From: Oikopleura dioica
Lineage: Eukaryota; Animalia; Chordata
Assembly (NCBI GenBank): GCA_907165135.1
Contig: OU015566.1
Span: 14,260,001 to 14,324,000 of the forward strand
Reading direction: 5' to 3'
Length of the DNA stretch: 64,000 nt
In this document: in pieces, positions 48,137-59,434 of the stretch
Numbering within the stretch: position 1 is the stretch's first letter
Layout of the letters: the number at the start of each line of letters is the position of its first letter
Position numbers and translations under genes: made by a program
Notes under the pieces: generated by a model
What the model was told of the DNA's origin: nothing
Seen by the model: the letters and a program-made list of their open reading frames with translations, nothing else
Database searches by the model: none

Positions 48137-49460
48137 AGGCGGCCGGAAAATCGTAACTGACCTGAAAGCACAGACTTTTCCCATTTCCCCGTAAGGATCC
48201 TCCGCCACAGGCGAATTGGGACGACTCGAAGTATCCATCACGTGGTCTAGCTCCATATCAGACATGACAGAAGTCGGCTTGATAATGGAGGAATCGACCG
48301 AAGTCGACCAAACCGAGCTGCTTGACACCTGCAAATCAGAAATCAGAAAAATTAGCGAAATACCATCGAGGTTACTTGAGACGAGAAATCATCAATTATG
48401 GAGCTCGACTCGGTCGCCGTCGACATTTCATCTGACACTTCGCGGATAAGACATGGCTGAAGCTTCAAAGGGTGATCAGTCTTATCATTATATATTTGAT
48501 AATATATTGGGCTACTATCGATGATTTCTTTGTTTGAAGATTGATCAATTCCTGGTGCAAATCGTGTCGTTCGAATCGATGTCTTTCCATGGCATCTTGG
48601 CATTTAGTTTTGTATCCGCATATTGAGCAGTGGGTGAACATCTTTTCATGCTTCTGTTGCTGCAGCTCAAATATTGTTGATAGTTCATGTGACATGTCCA
48701 AAACGAATGTTCGAAAACTCGTCCCTTGGTTTTGGCAAAACACAGCACGAGAGAAGTAGTACAGCAAAATTAGAAAGCCAGGCGCATTCCATCGCGTTAT
48801 TAAATTACGAGAAGTTCAAAGGGAGGAGATTTTTATGTGGTCAGAGAAATGAGAAAGGAGAAGAAATGGCGCGTCTTAGAATGTTCCATTAAGAAAATGA
48901 TGCTTCTTTGTTACTGTAATTTCAACAAAGACTTTCTCATTCAAGTCTGACGGGTGTGAATAATTTCGCTGCAAACTCACTTGTCACTGCAATCATGGAA
49001 GAAAACTCGTTTAAACCTTGTGCGAAAGCAAATGTCTTTTGATGGGTGTCTGGTAGTCGCATTGTTCTCCGTGCTCATTTTTCAAGTCGCATTTGAAGAC
49101 TTGCCCGCCTTGGCATTTTTCTGTGTGGTAGTTCTTTTTGACGGCTCGGAATATTGGATTCCAATTGGAGATAGAAAATTCCAAAAACCGTTCCCAAAGA
49201 TCCCAACTTGCGAAAGACTTCAAACACTTTGCACATTTATAGGGCCTTTCTCCAGTATGACGCCGTTTATGTCGATCAAGTGACGATTTGTGACTTGCCC
49301 GGGATGCAAAACTAGCAAAAAACAACCACCTACAGTAGAGTGCTAAGTGCGCCTGCTTTCCTCACTCTATATTTTTTCTCTTTTGATGGGCATTTCAAGT
49401 TTGGCATCCCAAATGATATGTTTTCTGACAGACATCGCAAGTGTACCGCGACGAGTTCAT
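48101..49460 (-). CDS. C2H2 zinc-finger protein (multi-exon; first finger appears frameshifted, ends uncertain)
   Basis: SLDRHKRRHTGERPYKCAKCLKSF (TGERPY linker), FKCDLKNEHGEQCDYQTPIKRHLLSH, CSICGYKTKCQDAMERHRFERH. Confidence 0.7.
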
Positions 49461-49614
49461 GATTTTCAATTTCAATTCAACCGATTTCTGAATTGAATGA
49501 TTTTAATTTGTGTATAAAACAATAGAAAACAGTAGTATTTTGTAAACAAAAGAGGTTCAGAGTAGCTAGTAAGGTTTTCTTCAATTTTCATAAATTAGGT
49601 GTTCAGGAATCAGT

Positions 49615-52600
49615 TCACTCGTGAAGTCGCTCAGAAGCTTCTCGAACGATGACGTAGGACTCGAGGGTGGCCTGAAATCAGCAATGAGAGCGAGAAATCA
49701 AATAGCATCAGTACCTTTCCATGGCAATTCTCGGCGACAACGGTATAAGTTCCAGTATCATTAGTCTTTGCTCGCATGAGTTCGAGCTGCACCACTCCGA
49801 TTTCATCTTTTTGAATGTACTTGCCAACATCTGGCAATGGCATCTTGTTCTTGAACCAGGTGATCTTTGCTGGAGGAAGTGCCTTGACAGCGCAGTGGAG
49901 CATCGCGTTGAATCCAACGACAAGGTTTCGTTTGTTCAAAATTGTCGTGAATTCTGGTGCGTAAAAGAGCTCCTTCTTTTCCGGCAGGAAGCGGTTGAAA
50001 GTCAAGGCTTCTTTGGTAATATTAGCGAAGTCCTTTGTAATGGAATCTGGACCGACTCCGACTTCGTTGAACGCTCGGATGCGGAATTGATACTCGTTGC
50101 CGACAATCAAGTCCTGCACCTGGCACTGCTTGTGGCGAACCTTATCGTTTACAATGTACCACTCACCATCCTTGCCGTGTCGCTTAGTGCGCTTCTCGAC
50201 GATGTAGCCGATGATGTCAGTGTTGCCATCATCCTTTGGCGCTTTCCATTCAAGGCAAACAGCAGTGCCAATAACTTCCTTGATCGTTGGCTTAATAACC
50301 TTGCTTGGTACATCAACAACAGCGACGTCAATTCTAGCGCTGACTTCGTTGTCGCCGACTTTGACCGTGACGAGATAAATGCCAGAGTCTGATCGTTCAG
50401 ATTCTCGAATGTGAAGAATACTGCTTCCCGCAGCGTTTCTGACAGTTGCCAAAGATGGGATTTCGCCAATTTCTTCAACAGTTTCAAAGACAGGTTCTGG
50501 TGGAGGTGGAGTAGCAGCTTTAACTGGCTCTGGCGCAGTTTCAGGAGCTGCTTCTGGTGCGGCCTCAGGAGCAGCTTCAGCAGCAGGTTCAACAGGAGTT
50601 TCTGGCGCAGCTTCGGAAGAAGGTTCTGCCGCTGCCTCTTGAGCTGGTTCAGTTTCTGCCGCTGGCTCTGCAGCAGGCTCTGTCGCTCCTTCTGCTGTAG
50701 GTTCTGCCTCAGCAGCTGGTTCGACATGTGCTTCAGCTACTGGTTCAGGAGTGGTTTTAACAACCGGTTCGGGTTCGGGTACTGGTTCAGGTTCAACAAC
50801 TGGTTCCGGAGTTGGAGGTTTGACTTCTCGTTCAACAAAGTTTATCTTGTTCCAGGAAATAGCTGGCTTCGGCTTGCCTTGGATAGGCACATTGAGATGG
50901 ATCTTTTGGCCAACAGGGACCGTGACTCGTCTCTTCAAAGCTCTTGGAAGAACAATCTGGGGATCTTCAATCGACTCTGCGCAACAAACTGGACCAACGT
51001 AGACCCACTTAGAGCGGCCTGCAGCGTTGACAGTGCAAATACGGAAGTAGTAGTTCTTTCCGGTGTCGAGAGCGTCAAGATTGATTTTGATCGTTTGAGC
51101 TGACAGGAGATTATCTCGCGCGTCAGTCCAAGCATCTTCTTGAGCATCTTCAGCATTTGCCATGCCCATTTTGCCGGGGAGGATTTGCTGCTGAATAAGA
51201 TAACCACCGATTCCAGCGGCGCCAATATCCGCTGGTTGTCGCCAGTTGAGTTCGATGGAAGTGTCAGTCAACTTGCCGAGCCGGAAGCTAGTGACTTCAG
51301 AAGTTGGCGCGATGGGCGTGAATGGTTCTGAGGGGTCAGATGGCAGGCCAGTGCCACACTCGTTGACAGCCGTGATACGAACTTGATAAGTGTTGCCGTC
51401 GACCAATCGACGCACGTGATAATTGTGGTAGTTGCAGAACTCTCCGTTGAGGCGAATCCATCGCTGGGCCTTGATCTTCTTTCGCTCGACAATGTATCCT
51501 CGGGACAGACAGTCGCCATCGTCGAGTGGAGGGGTCCAGTCGACACGGCAGCTCTCGTCGTTGAGGTCGGATATGACAGGTTTGCCAGGAGGACCAGGGA
51601 GATCGATGACCTTGATGACCATTTCGTGGTTATCTTCACCAGCTTCGGAGGTAACTCGAATACAGTAAAGGCCCGTATCAGTTCGTTTAGCGCTGTTGAT
51701 CTTGAGACTTGTCTTGTCGCCTTCTTCAATGATCTGCATTCTTTTGCCATCTTCAGAAAGTGAATCGCCGTTGAAAAGCCACTCAACTTTTGGCTTAGGA
51801 TCGCCAGTGATACCAAAATCGAAGGCGACAGTGCCGCCAACCTTGACGGTAATTTCCTTGGAAGCGCTCTGGTTGAGGAAGAGCTTTGGCGCTTCCTTTT
51901 TCTTTTCAATGACGACTTCGACTCCTTCCAAGCAAGCGGCCATTTTGATTGGCTTCTTGCCGTCAACGCGGTACTCGTACTCGCCTTGATCTTCAGGCTT
52001 GACGTTGTTGATGGTGATCTTTCGGATGCATCCAATATCTCGGATTTCGATTCGGTCAGATGCTTCGACTTCTTTTCCGTCTTTGAACCATTTTCCAACG
52101 GCGTCTCGATCTGAGACTTCGCATTTGAACTCGGCACTTTCGTTAAAGTTGACCTTGCAGTCTTCGAAGCCGCTCTTGAACTCGACCATTTTCTTTTCAA
52201 CCAGCAGTTCAGCGAATGACTCATCCCCGTTGGTCTGGATCTGGTAGAAACCAGCATCGTCGAGGTTCGCAGCAGGAAGGGTAAGAGTGACTTCCACGCC
52301 TTGTTTCTTCATCCTGACGAGTTCGGTTCGCTGAAGCTCGATACCGTCCTTGAGGATTTTGTAGCGACCGTTTTCGGCTGAGATAGTGGCCTTGAAGACA
52401 GCTTCTTCTCCATCTGTCACGGCAAGATCTTCAAAGCCGGATACGATGGTGACTGGAGGAGCTCGGACGAAGACTTCGCACTGGGTTCGCTCGTCGCCGC
52501 AGACGCAGTAGATTGAAGAGTCGTCGGTGATCTGGGCAGAATCGATGATGCAAGTTCGCGTTGCTCCCTTTGCCGAGCATTGAACACGCTTGCTCGAGGT

Positions 52601-53819
52601 GATTTCCCGACCGTTCTGGAACCAGCGAACGTTGTGGGTTTCGTTGACCAGCTCGCAGGTGAGCACAATTTTGTCTCCAACTTGGTAGGCGGCGGTGTCG
52701 TTCAATCGCATCGCAAACACTTGAAATATTGATGAGCGACTGTATCAATAAAGGAACCTACTGTTTCCTTTCTTGTTATTCTTTTTTGTATCATTGAGTC
52801 GTCGGAGCATGCCACGCAAATCAGAAATGCCATATTTGAAGGCGATCTTTTCATGATCTCGAGCAGCGGCAGACTTGAATCAAAACGCTTTCTACAAAAT
52901 TTTCGGTATAAAAATTTACCTTGAGGACGTTCCAGATTTCTCCAGAAACTCCGCCGCCTTCGGATTCCTTCTTCTTGCTATTTCAGACAGTCAAAAATAG
53001 GTTCAATGAAGAAAAACACACCTTGATGCACAAAATGATCATATGCGACATATGATAGATGAGATGAGAATTGAATTTTCGCGGGTTCCGAGAAATTCAA
53101 TGAGCGGAAGCGATAATTATGAAAATAGTAGCGGTAGAAGATATCTGAAGAAGATATCTGCTGAAAAAATGCAGTGTGGAATGATGAACATACACTTTTT
53201 TGAGACGAGCTCTGAAGTCGACATCCATGTTTTCTTGCTCGATTTGAACGCTAGAATTTTGCTCCGATCGATTTTCTTTGCAGAAAGTACCTTTTTCGAG
53301 CCTTGCCGATGACGATTTTCTTCTCAGTTCCATCATAAGGTCCGACTTGCAAGTTGAAAGTATCCTCGACTTTCTCGGATCGGGAGAAAATCCTGACAGT
53401 GTACAAGCCAGAGTCGGACATCTTAGGCGCTTTGAATGTCATCTTAGCCTCAATTTTTCCGATGCTCTCGGTCGTTTCCATATTGTATCGGTCGCCCTTG
53501 GTGATCTCGTTCCATTTTCCTTTGATCCACACAATTCGGGGCTGAAAATTGGTGGTTGGAAATTCTGGGTGGGAGGTACCTTGTTGAGAATTTCTCCTTT
53601 TCCGAGAACGATGGTGATGGACACATCTGCGCCTTCGGAAGTCTGGATCTTCTTCGGGTTCTCTAGAATTCTCCAAGTTCCTAATGGGTCTCGATCATCT
53701 TCGGCAGGTGGCGCTTCAGCGGTTTCAGCCGGAACTTCTTCTGCTGAAGGCTCTTCTACTACCGTTTCCTCTATGTTTTCGTAAAGAAAGGATTCAAATA
53801 ATTCATTCTTACCGGTCAT
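49615..53819 (-). CDS. mybpc: Myosin-binding protein C, skeletal-type architecture (PA-rich N-terminus, C1, M-motif, C2-C10; no C0 seen)
   Basis: Micro-exon ATG ACC G at 53819-53813; C1 with KGKW; M-motif DFRARLKK / GEIWNVLK / EKIAFKYGISDLRGMLRRL; giant exon with Ig-Ig-Ig-Ig-FN3-FN3-Ig-FN3-Ig; last intron 49714-49672 gives HGK|ATLESYVIVREASERLHE*. Confidence 0.93.
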
Positions 53820-55803
53820 TTTCAATGTTTCTTTCCTCTGAAAAAATACACAAAGTCGCTCGCAGGGAAGAGTCGCGCTTGCGAAGAAACTGATTCGGGC
53901 AGTACTAGGGCCTCTTCGACATAGATCAAGAAAGATTATCGCCAAAAAGTGAAGAGGACCAACCTCGACTGGATTAGTAATACTCGCGCGAAGTTTACTG
54001 CCATGCAATTTATTATGACAGCTAATTTTCACAATGTTTCTTTTCTTTGAAAAGTGAAATCAAGGAAGACTACCAGTTCATTAGCCTTTATTCAGGGTGG
54101 CAGTAATACTCTGTTACAGTCAGTGAGCTACTGTGGCGACCAAGAAGCCGGGAACGAGGATTTCTTCGATGACCTAAAAGTTTTTGTCAATTTCTAGAGC
54201 TGATGAGTCAGAAGCATAAATATCCCGTCATAGCTAATATATGAAAAGATTTGTATGACAAAATTGATTATATTCAATATAATTTAATTTTTACTCGCCC
54301 CGAAACCGGGGTCTTCTCTTACCATTGCTGCTGAAACTTTGAGGCGGCTTGATGTTTCCCCAGTCAGAAACTTTGAAGAGTGGTTTACTTCCGACTTTCT
54401 CGAGTTTTCGTTTTGAGAGTAACAATTACGACGGTTCTAAGACGCTGTTGATTTTCTGGTCTTATTGAATCTCGGAACAAGCGTTGAATAAAGCTCTAAG
54501 TAGGTGAATAAAAAAGAAACTCGATTGGAAAACTTGACGAAAACGGCAATCATGTTGCAAGATTTACGAACATCGCAGCGGAATATTATCAATAACGATA
54601 CTTTTCTCAAGGTTCCATAGGCGTTTTTAGAAGAAAGAACATCTTCGACAAAGATTGAAGTCAAAGATTGTCGATAAAACTTCAAAAAGAAGGCCTGAGA
54701 TTGTCAATTTTGCGAAGAAAAGGGAACCTTCTCCAAAAATACTGCCAAAAATGCTGAGAACACTCATCACCAAATAACTAATCGCTCCTGGCTCTTCCAT
54801 CAGCGGGAGAAAAAGCTTCTCTCCAATCTTAAATCAAATAAGAACCGAGCTTCCAAGCAGCCTCAAAAAATAGCTGGTCACCGCACAAATCGAGCGATCG
54901 TCTGAATTTATTATAATTCTCAAATCTCTTTCTACAATCTTGAGTGTTTAAAAGACTTACAGTGAGATTTCGGCTCATCCTTTTGGATTTTCTCTTAAAT
55001 CCTATTGTCGAATGTTTTTGCTAATCCGAGATGCACTTTTTTCGAATCTGAATTCGCTGCTATTGAATATTTTATTTTTGGTAAAAAAACTCGGAGCGAT
55101 GGTTTAATGAGCAAAATTAAAGTTCACTCACCCCTGGGATTTGCTTACCAGAATATGACATCTCAAAACGGAGAAAAAAAGAACCACAAGAAAGGCATTT
55201 TTGTTTTATTTTGGGTCGATTGAATTAATTTGGGAATCAGCTTTGTTCCACGGAAGATAACTTCCTCCCGCGACAATTCCGCGTTTTTTCCCCAGAAGCT
55301 CAATTTAGAAAGCCCGAATTTCTGTCGCCAAAACAATGAAATACAGTAATGTACTATTTTGTGGCGGGCTAAGACAAAGCTAGAGTAGCTTGAGGGTGTC
55401 AATTTACTTCATTAGTTGAGCTGGCTTGGGCGATTGAAGCTCATTTGGCCAGGTGCAGCGAAAGTACCTGCGACCAGAAATACGTCCCCGGTTACTAATC
55501 GTTCTAAAAAGCAGCGCGCAGTTACGAAAACTTACAAAGGCGGAATGCGAAAAACAATGTTGATGAAAATTGTCGAGCTCTTGGGCGAAAAAGGCGATTG
55601 GAGATAATCACCTGCTTGGAAATTCTTTTCTAAAAGAGAAAGTACTTACCAGCTTCGTTTAAAGATTTGATGAGCTAAATCGCCTATTGATAAGAGTTTC
55701 TTATCAATGAACACGTGGCTAAATAGGATCCATACGATGTTCGGCAATTTAATCGACGGTAATTAGTCTTTCGATCATGATTTTTGAGCAAAAAATAAAC
55801 ATT

Positions 55804-56522
55804 TTAAGGGACTACTGCAAGCTGGCTCGCGCCCCTTTTCACGGCGCTGTCAAAAATCTCATGCTTTTGGGAAATTTATGAAAGTTGGCATGTCTGTCAA
55901 GCAAAGCCTTTCAAATTTACTCTCACTTTCAGAATTTTTCTATGACCACTACAAAAAAAGTTGCGGCGCCGAGTGAAAGTGTTGTTCTAAAAATCTGCCC
56001 AGCTCAAACGGCTCATCACAGGAAGACAAAAATAGTCTCACAGAAAAGCCCGTGTTTTTCTTACTAAAGTTACATCGGCGCATATCTTGATTTTTTATCA
56101 GGCTCGATTTGCCAAGCAAATATGTCAGAATTTCCTGCCGCGCTGGGCCATCTCACGCTGATTTAGCGCCTTTTTGCGCGAGCGCAGCGGGATTTTTACC
56201 CTTAATCCGATAATTAGGACTTATCAGTTCTAAATTCCAAAAATGCGCCTTTGTAACTTTGGTAAAAAAACTACGAGCTTTCCAGTGAGACTACTTATGT
56301 CTTCCTCCGATGAGCCGTTTGAGCTGGGCAGATTTTCGGAACCGCACTTTCTCTCGGCGCCGCAACTTTTTTTGTAGTGGTCATAGAAAAATTCTGAAAG
56401 TGAGAGTAAATTTGAAAGGCTTTGCTTCACAGACATGCTAACTTTCATAAATTTCCCAGAAGCATGAGATTTTTGACAGCGCCGTGAAGAGGGGCGCGAG
56501 CCAGCTTGCAGTAGTCCCTTAA
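55804..56522. mobile_element. 711-bp foldback element, ~275-bp arms, TTAA TSD, GG...CC termini
   Basis: TTAA-GGGACTACTGCAAGCTGGCTCGCGCCCC ... GGGGCGCGAGCCAGCTTGCAGTAGTCCC-TTAA, with slightly diverged arms. Confidence 0.88.
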
Positions 56523-58564
56523 AAAGAAAATTCTTGAAAAGGTGACGCGGGCGGTCGACCACAACAAACCTCGCTTAGATCTTTTGATATTGTTACGTGA
56601 ACGCTTTCTGAAAACAAAATGTCACTGCGGCTTCTTTACTAAACCGAAAAAGAACCTTGTTTTCTCCCTTGCCCTTCTTTTCTAAAGCGAGGGAGAAAGG
56701 GTGCTCTATCAAATATCTCTCCTGTTTTTCGCCAGAAATTTGATAGATTGAATTTTCAGGGGATGAATAAATTCTAGCTCAGAGCTTCAAAGCTTTAAAG
56801 GCGTGAAAAAAATGAAACAACTTTTGGTGAGAAAGCATTAAGAGCAGTTCAAGCGTTATCTAGTTGTAAACTTCCGGGAGAAGTATTGATTTTCCAGAAA
56901 TTCTAGCGTATCTGTCCTGTTTTGAGCATGGATTCGAAGGGTTGCTGGTATTAACACGTTGCTTTTTTTTCAATAAAAAAGTATAAAAAATTTTCAATAA
57001 TTAGTTCGATCAGAAATAGCATATCAAAATTATCAAAAATCAGCAGCTACAGAATTTTCGAGTACGTGCGGCTTGGCGAAAATTTGAATAGTGTTCACGT
57101 ATAGTTACTCAGAAGGAATGGCCCCGCGCACATGTCCACGCATCTGGCCTCTCCCAACTTCAAAAATTCCGCCGCGAAAACGTTGAATTCTGTTGAAAAT
57201 AAATCCATGTTCCTTGGATTTCAAGGATCGGCATTTTTCTTCGCGCGAATTTCAGCAAGTATTGAATAATTGAGCGATCGGTTGCGTGGAGGTGTTTTTC
57301 CAAAAACTCTGTTTACACTGTTTACCAACTTTGTTTGGCCTGCTTCGATATTGAATCTTTTAAAAAACATTTTGGAACGAGCGGCAGCTGCATCTTTTTT
57401 TCTGCGCATTTGCGGAAATTCAAGAAATTATTAAAAAGGCTTCGGGAAGTGTAATCCTTTTTTCTTCTCCCGAACGACCTTTTCGCTAAAAAAAGCGGGC
57501 GAACATTTTAAATATTTTTAAAACCTCTAAAAATGAGCTAGAAGCTTATTTTCTTATGAGATTATCGAAAAAGATCATCGAATTACAGTCGCTTATCAAC
57601 GTTATTTCTGTAAATAATATATGAAGAATCTTGAGTTTCAATCAAAGTATTCGCGAAAAATTAACAAAATGACACCCTTATTTTATTTTTTAAAAAGATA
57701 GTTGAAACCCTTATCTTCTCCGTCAAAAGACAAAAATAGACAAGAAACATGAAAAATCAACGTCGACGAGTCTTGTTAAAAAACGTGTATTCAGTGTGAG
57801 TAGCGTAGGGAAAGATAGAATAACTCCGCATTCGAAAATCATTTGGCGGTTTTCGAGAGAGTTGGCGACTAGTACCTCTCACTTGAATTTGAAACAATCG
57901 CCGCCGCGATTCAACAACTTTCCTCGCTTTCAACATTCAATGGAGCTCTTTCCACTCGTACTAACTCACGTTCCATTTCCAAAAAGGCTCTTATTCACTC
58001 TTCTGAAAGTTGATGTTTTTCCAAAATTAATTTTTCCAGTAATGAAGTACCAGTAGTGAATGGAACGTCTAAAAAGGAGCCGCAAAAAGTTCTTTTCTTC
58101 TTTTCAAATCAACAGCTTTAACCTTAATCTGCTTCTTTAGCTCATATTTGATTCATTTTACTGTATCTACTGTGTTATTACTGTATCTACGTGAAACAAT
58201 TGACGCAAATATCACCGTCAAAACTTGACCCATTGACTTCATCAACAGTATTTGAGAGGTTTTGATTTTGTTTTATTTACAGGAAAGTTGAAAGAAAAAG
58301 TGAAAAGCATTTCTATTCACAATTTCGTTTTCTTTTTTTTCGTTGTACAAAAGAGGCTTTCGAGGTGTCAGTTTTCTTCTGAGTGTGTGTTCGCTTTTTA
58401 AATTAAAAAATATTTACAGTCGAGTTTTTGGAGATTTCGATTAATAATTCGTAACGTAAAAATTGCTTATTAATCAGACTAATCATCTTATTCCAAAAAA
58501 TCCTCGAATAAGGGGCTCTCTAGCGATAATTCCACAAAGTGCAACTATCGCTAGAAAGCTTGCT

Positions 58565-58736
58565 TTAAGGGAGTAGACACCTTTAGTCGCGATTATCTAG
58601 CATTCATTTCTTTCAAAATTAACGAAGTGATACCCTTATTTGAAAACTTTACAGAAATGAAATAAGGGTGTCATTATGTTAACTTTAAAAGAGGAGTCTG
58701 CTTAAAAATTGCGATTAATGATATCTACCCCCTTAA
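58565..58736. mobile_element. TTAA-flanked mini element with nested TAAGGGTGTCA palindrome
   Basis: TTAA-GGGAGTAGA ... TCTACCCCC-TTAA encloses tgatacccttattt...aaataagggtgtca. Confidence 0.65.
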
Positions 58737-58817
58737 GGGGGGTCTCAACAAAGATTCTAGCAGTAAAAAAAGCTAAGAACTGTTGTTGAAACCCTTAAGA
58801 GCCCCGAAGAAGGTTAT

Positions 58818-59434
58818 TTAGCCCTTCCATGAGCCGAGGATTCTGAACCCTCTGGCCTTTTGCGAGTCCTGTTTCAACCCAGCGACGGCTGTCAAAAGCC
58901 CGGCGGTGTGATCGACGCCGACGTCGTTGAATCGTCTGTCCCGTCTGTCCTCGTAGTTGTCGAGTCGATCCGGTCCAGCGACGAGCGCGCCGAAGAGCAC
59001 CTGAGGATTCGCTCGCGTCGATTTCATCTGCTCCCACGAGCACGACTTCGGCACGTCGGGGCAACTGCTTCCTCGGTGGTAAGCGCGTTGCGGTGGGTTA
59101 ACGCCGAAACCGACGACGTAGGAGCGGCCAGAATCGCCAAGCATGTAATGAACTTGCTGCTGAGCAAACTTGGTCAGCATCGTGCGGTAATCGGTGAAGA
59201 TGGAAGCCGCTTGGAGGGCGATTACGGCCGCGTTGGCTGAAATGGAAAGATTTAGTAAGTCGTTTTAGATGATATAAATGAGCTTGGCGACTTACCGGCG
59301 TGTCGGTTGGGGGCTGCATCATCGAGGTAGATGAGTCCTTTGGGGGTTCGGTAGGCGGACTCCATTAGCCAATTCAGGAACTGGTTCAGCTGCGATTTGT
59401 ACTCCTTCTTCCCGGTGAACTTGGCCAGCAAAAC
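58818..59434 (-). CDS. Glycoside hydrolase family 9 (endo-beta-1,4-glucanase-like), last two exons only; 5' exons not found in window
   Basis: VLLAKFTGKKEYK...RTPKGLIYLDDAAPNRHA|ANAAVIAL...FAQQQVHYMLGDSGRSYVVGFGVNPPQRAYHRGSSCP...LFGALVAGPD aligns with the C-terminus of animal GH9 cellulases. Confidence 0.9.

Noticed and set aside
49721-52257. Long overlapping ORFs (e.g. 49721-50392+, 50411-51103+, 51268-52257-)
   Set aside because: They are shadow frames of the biased-codon MyBP-C exon.
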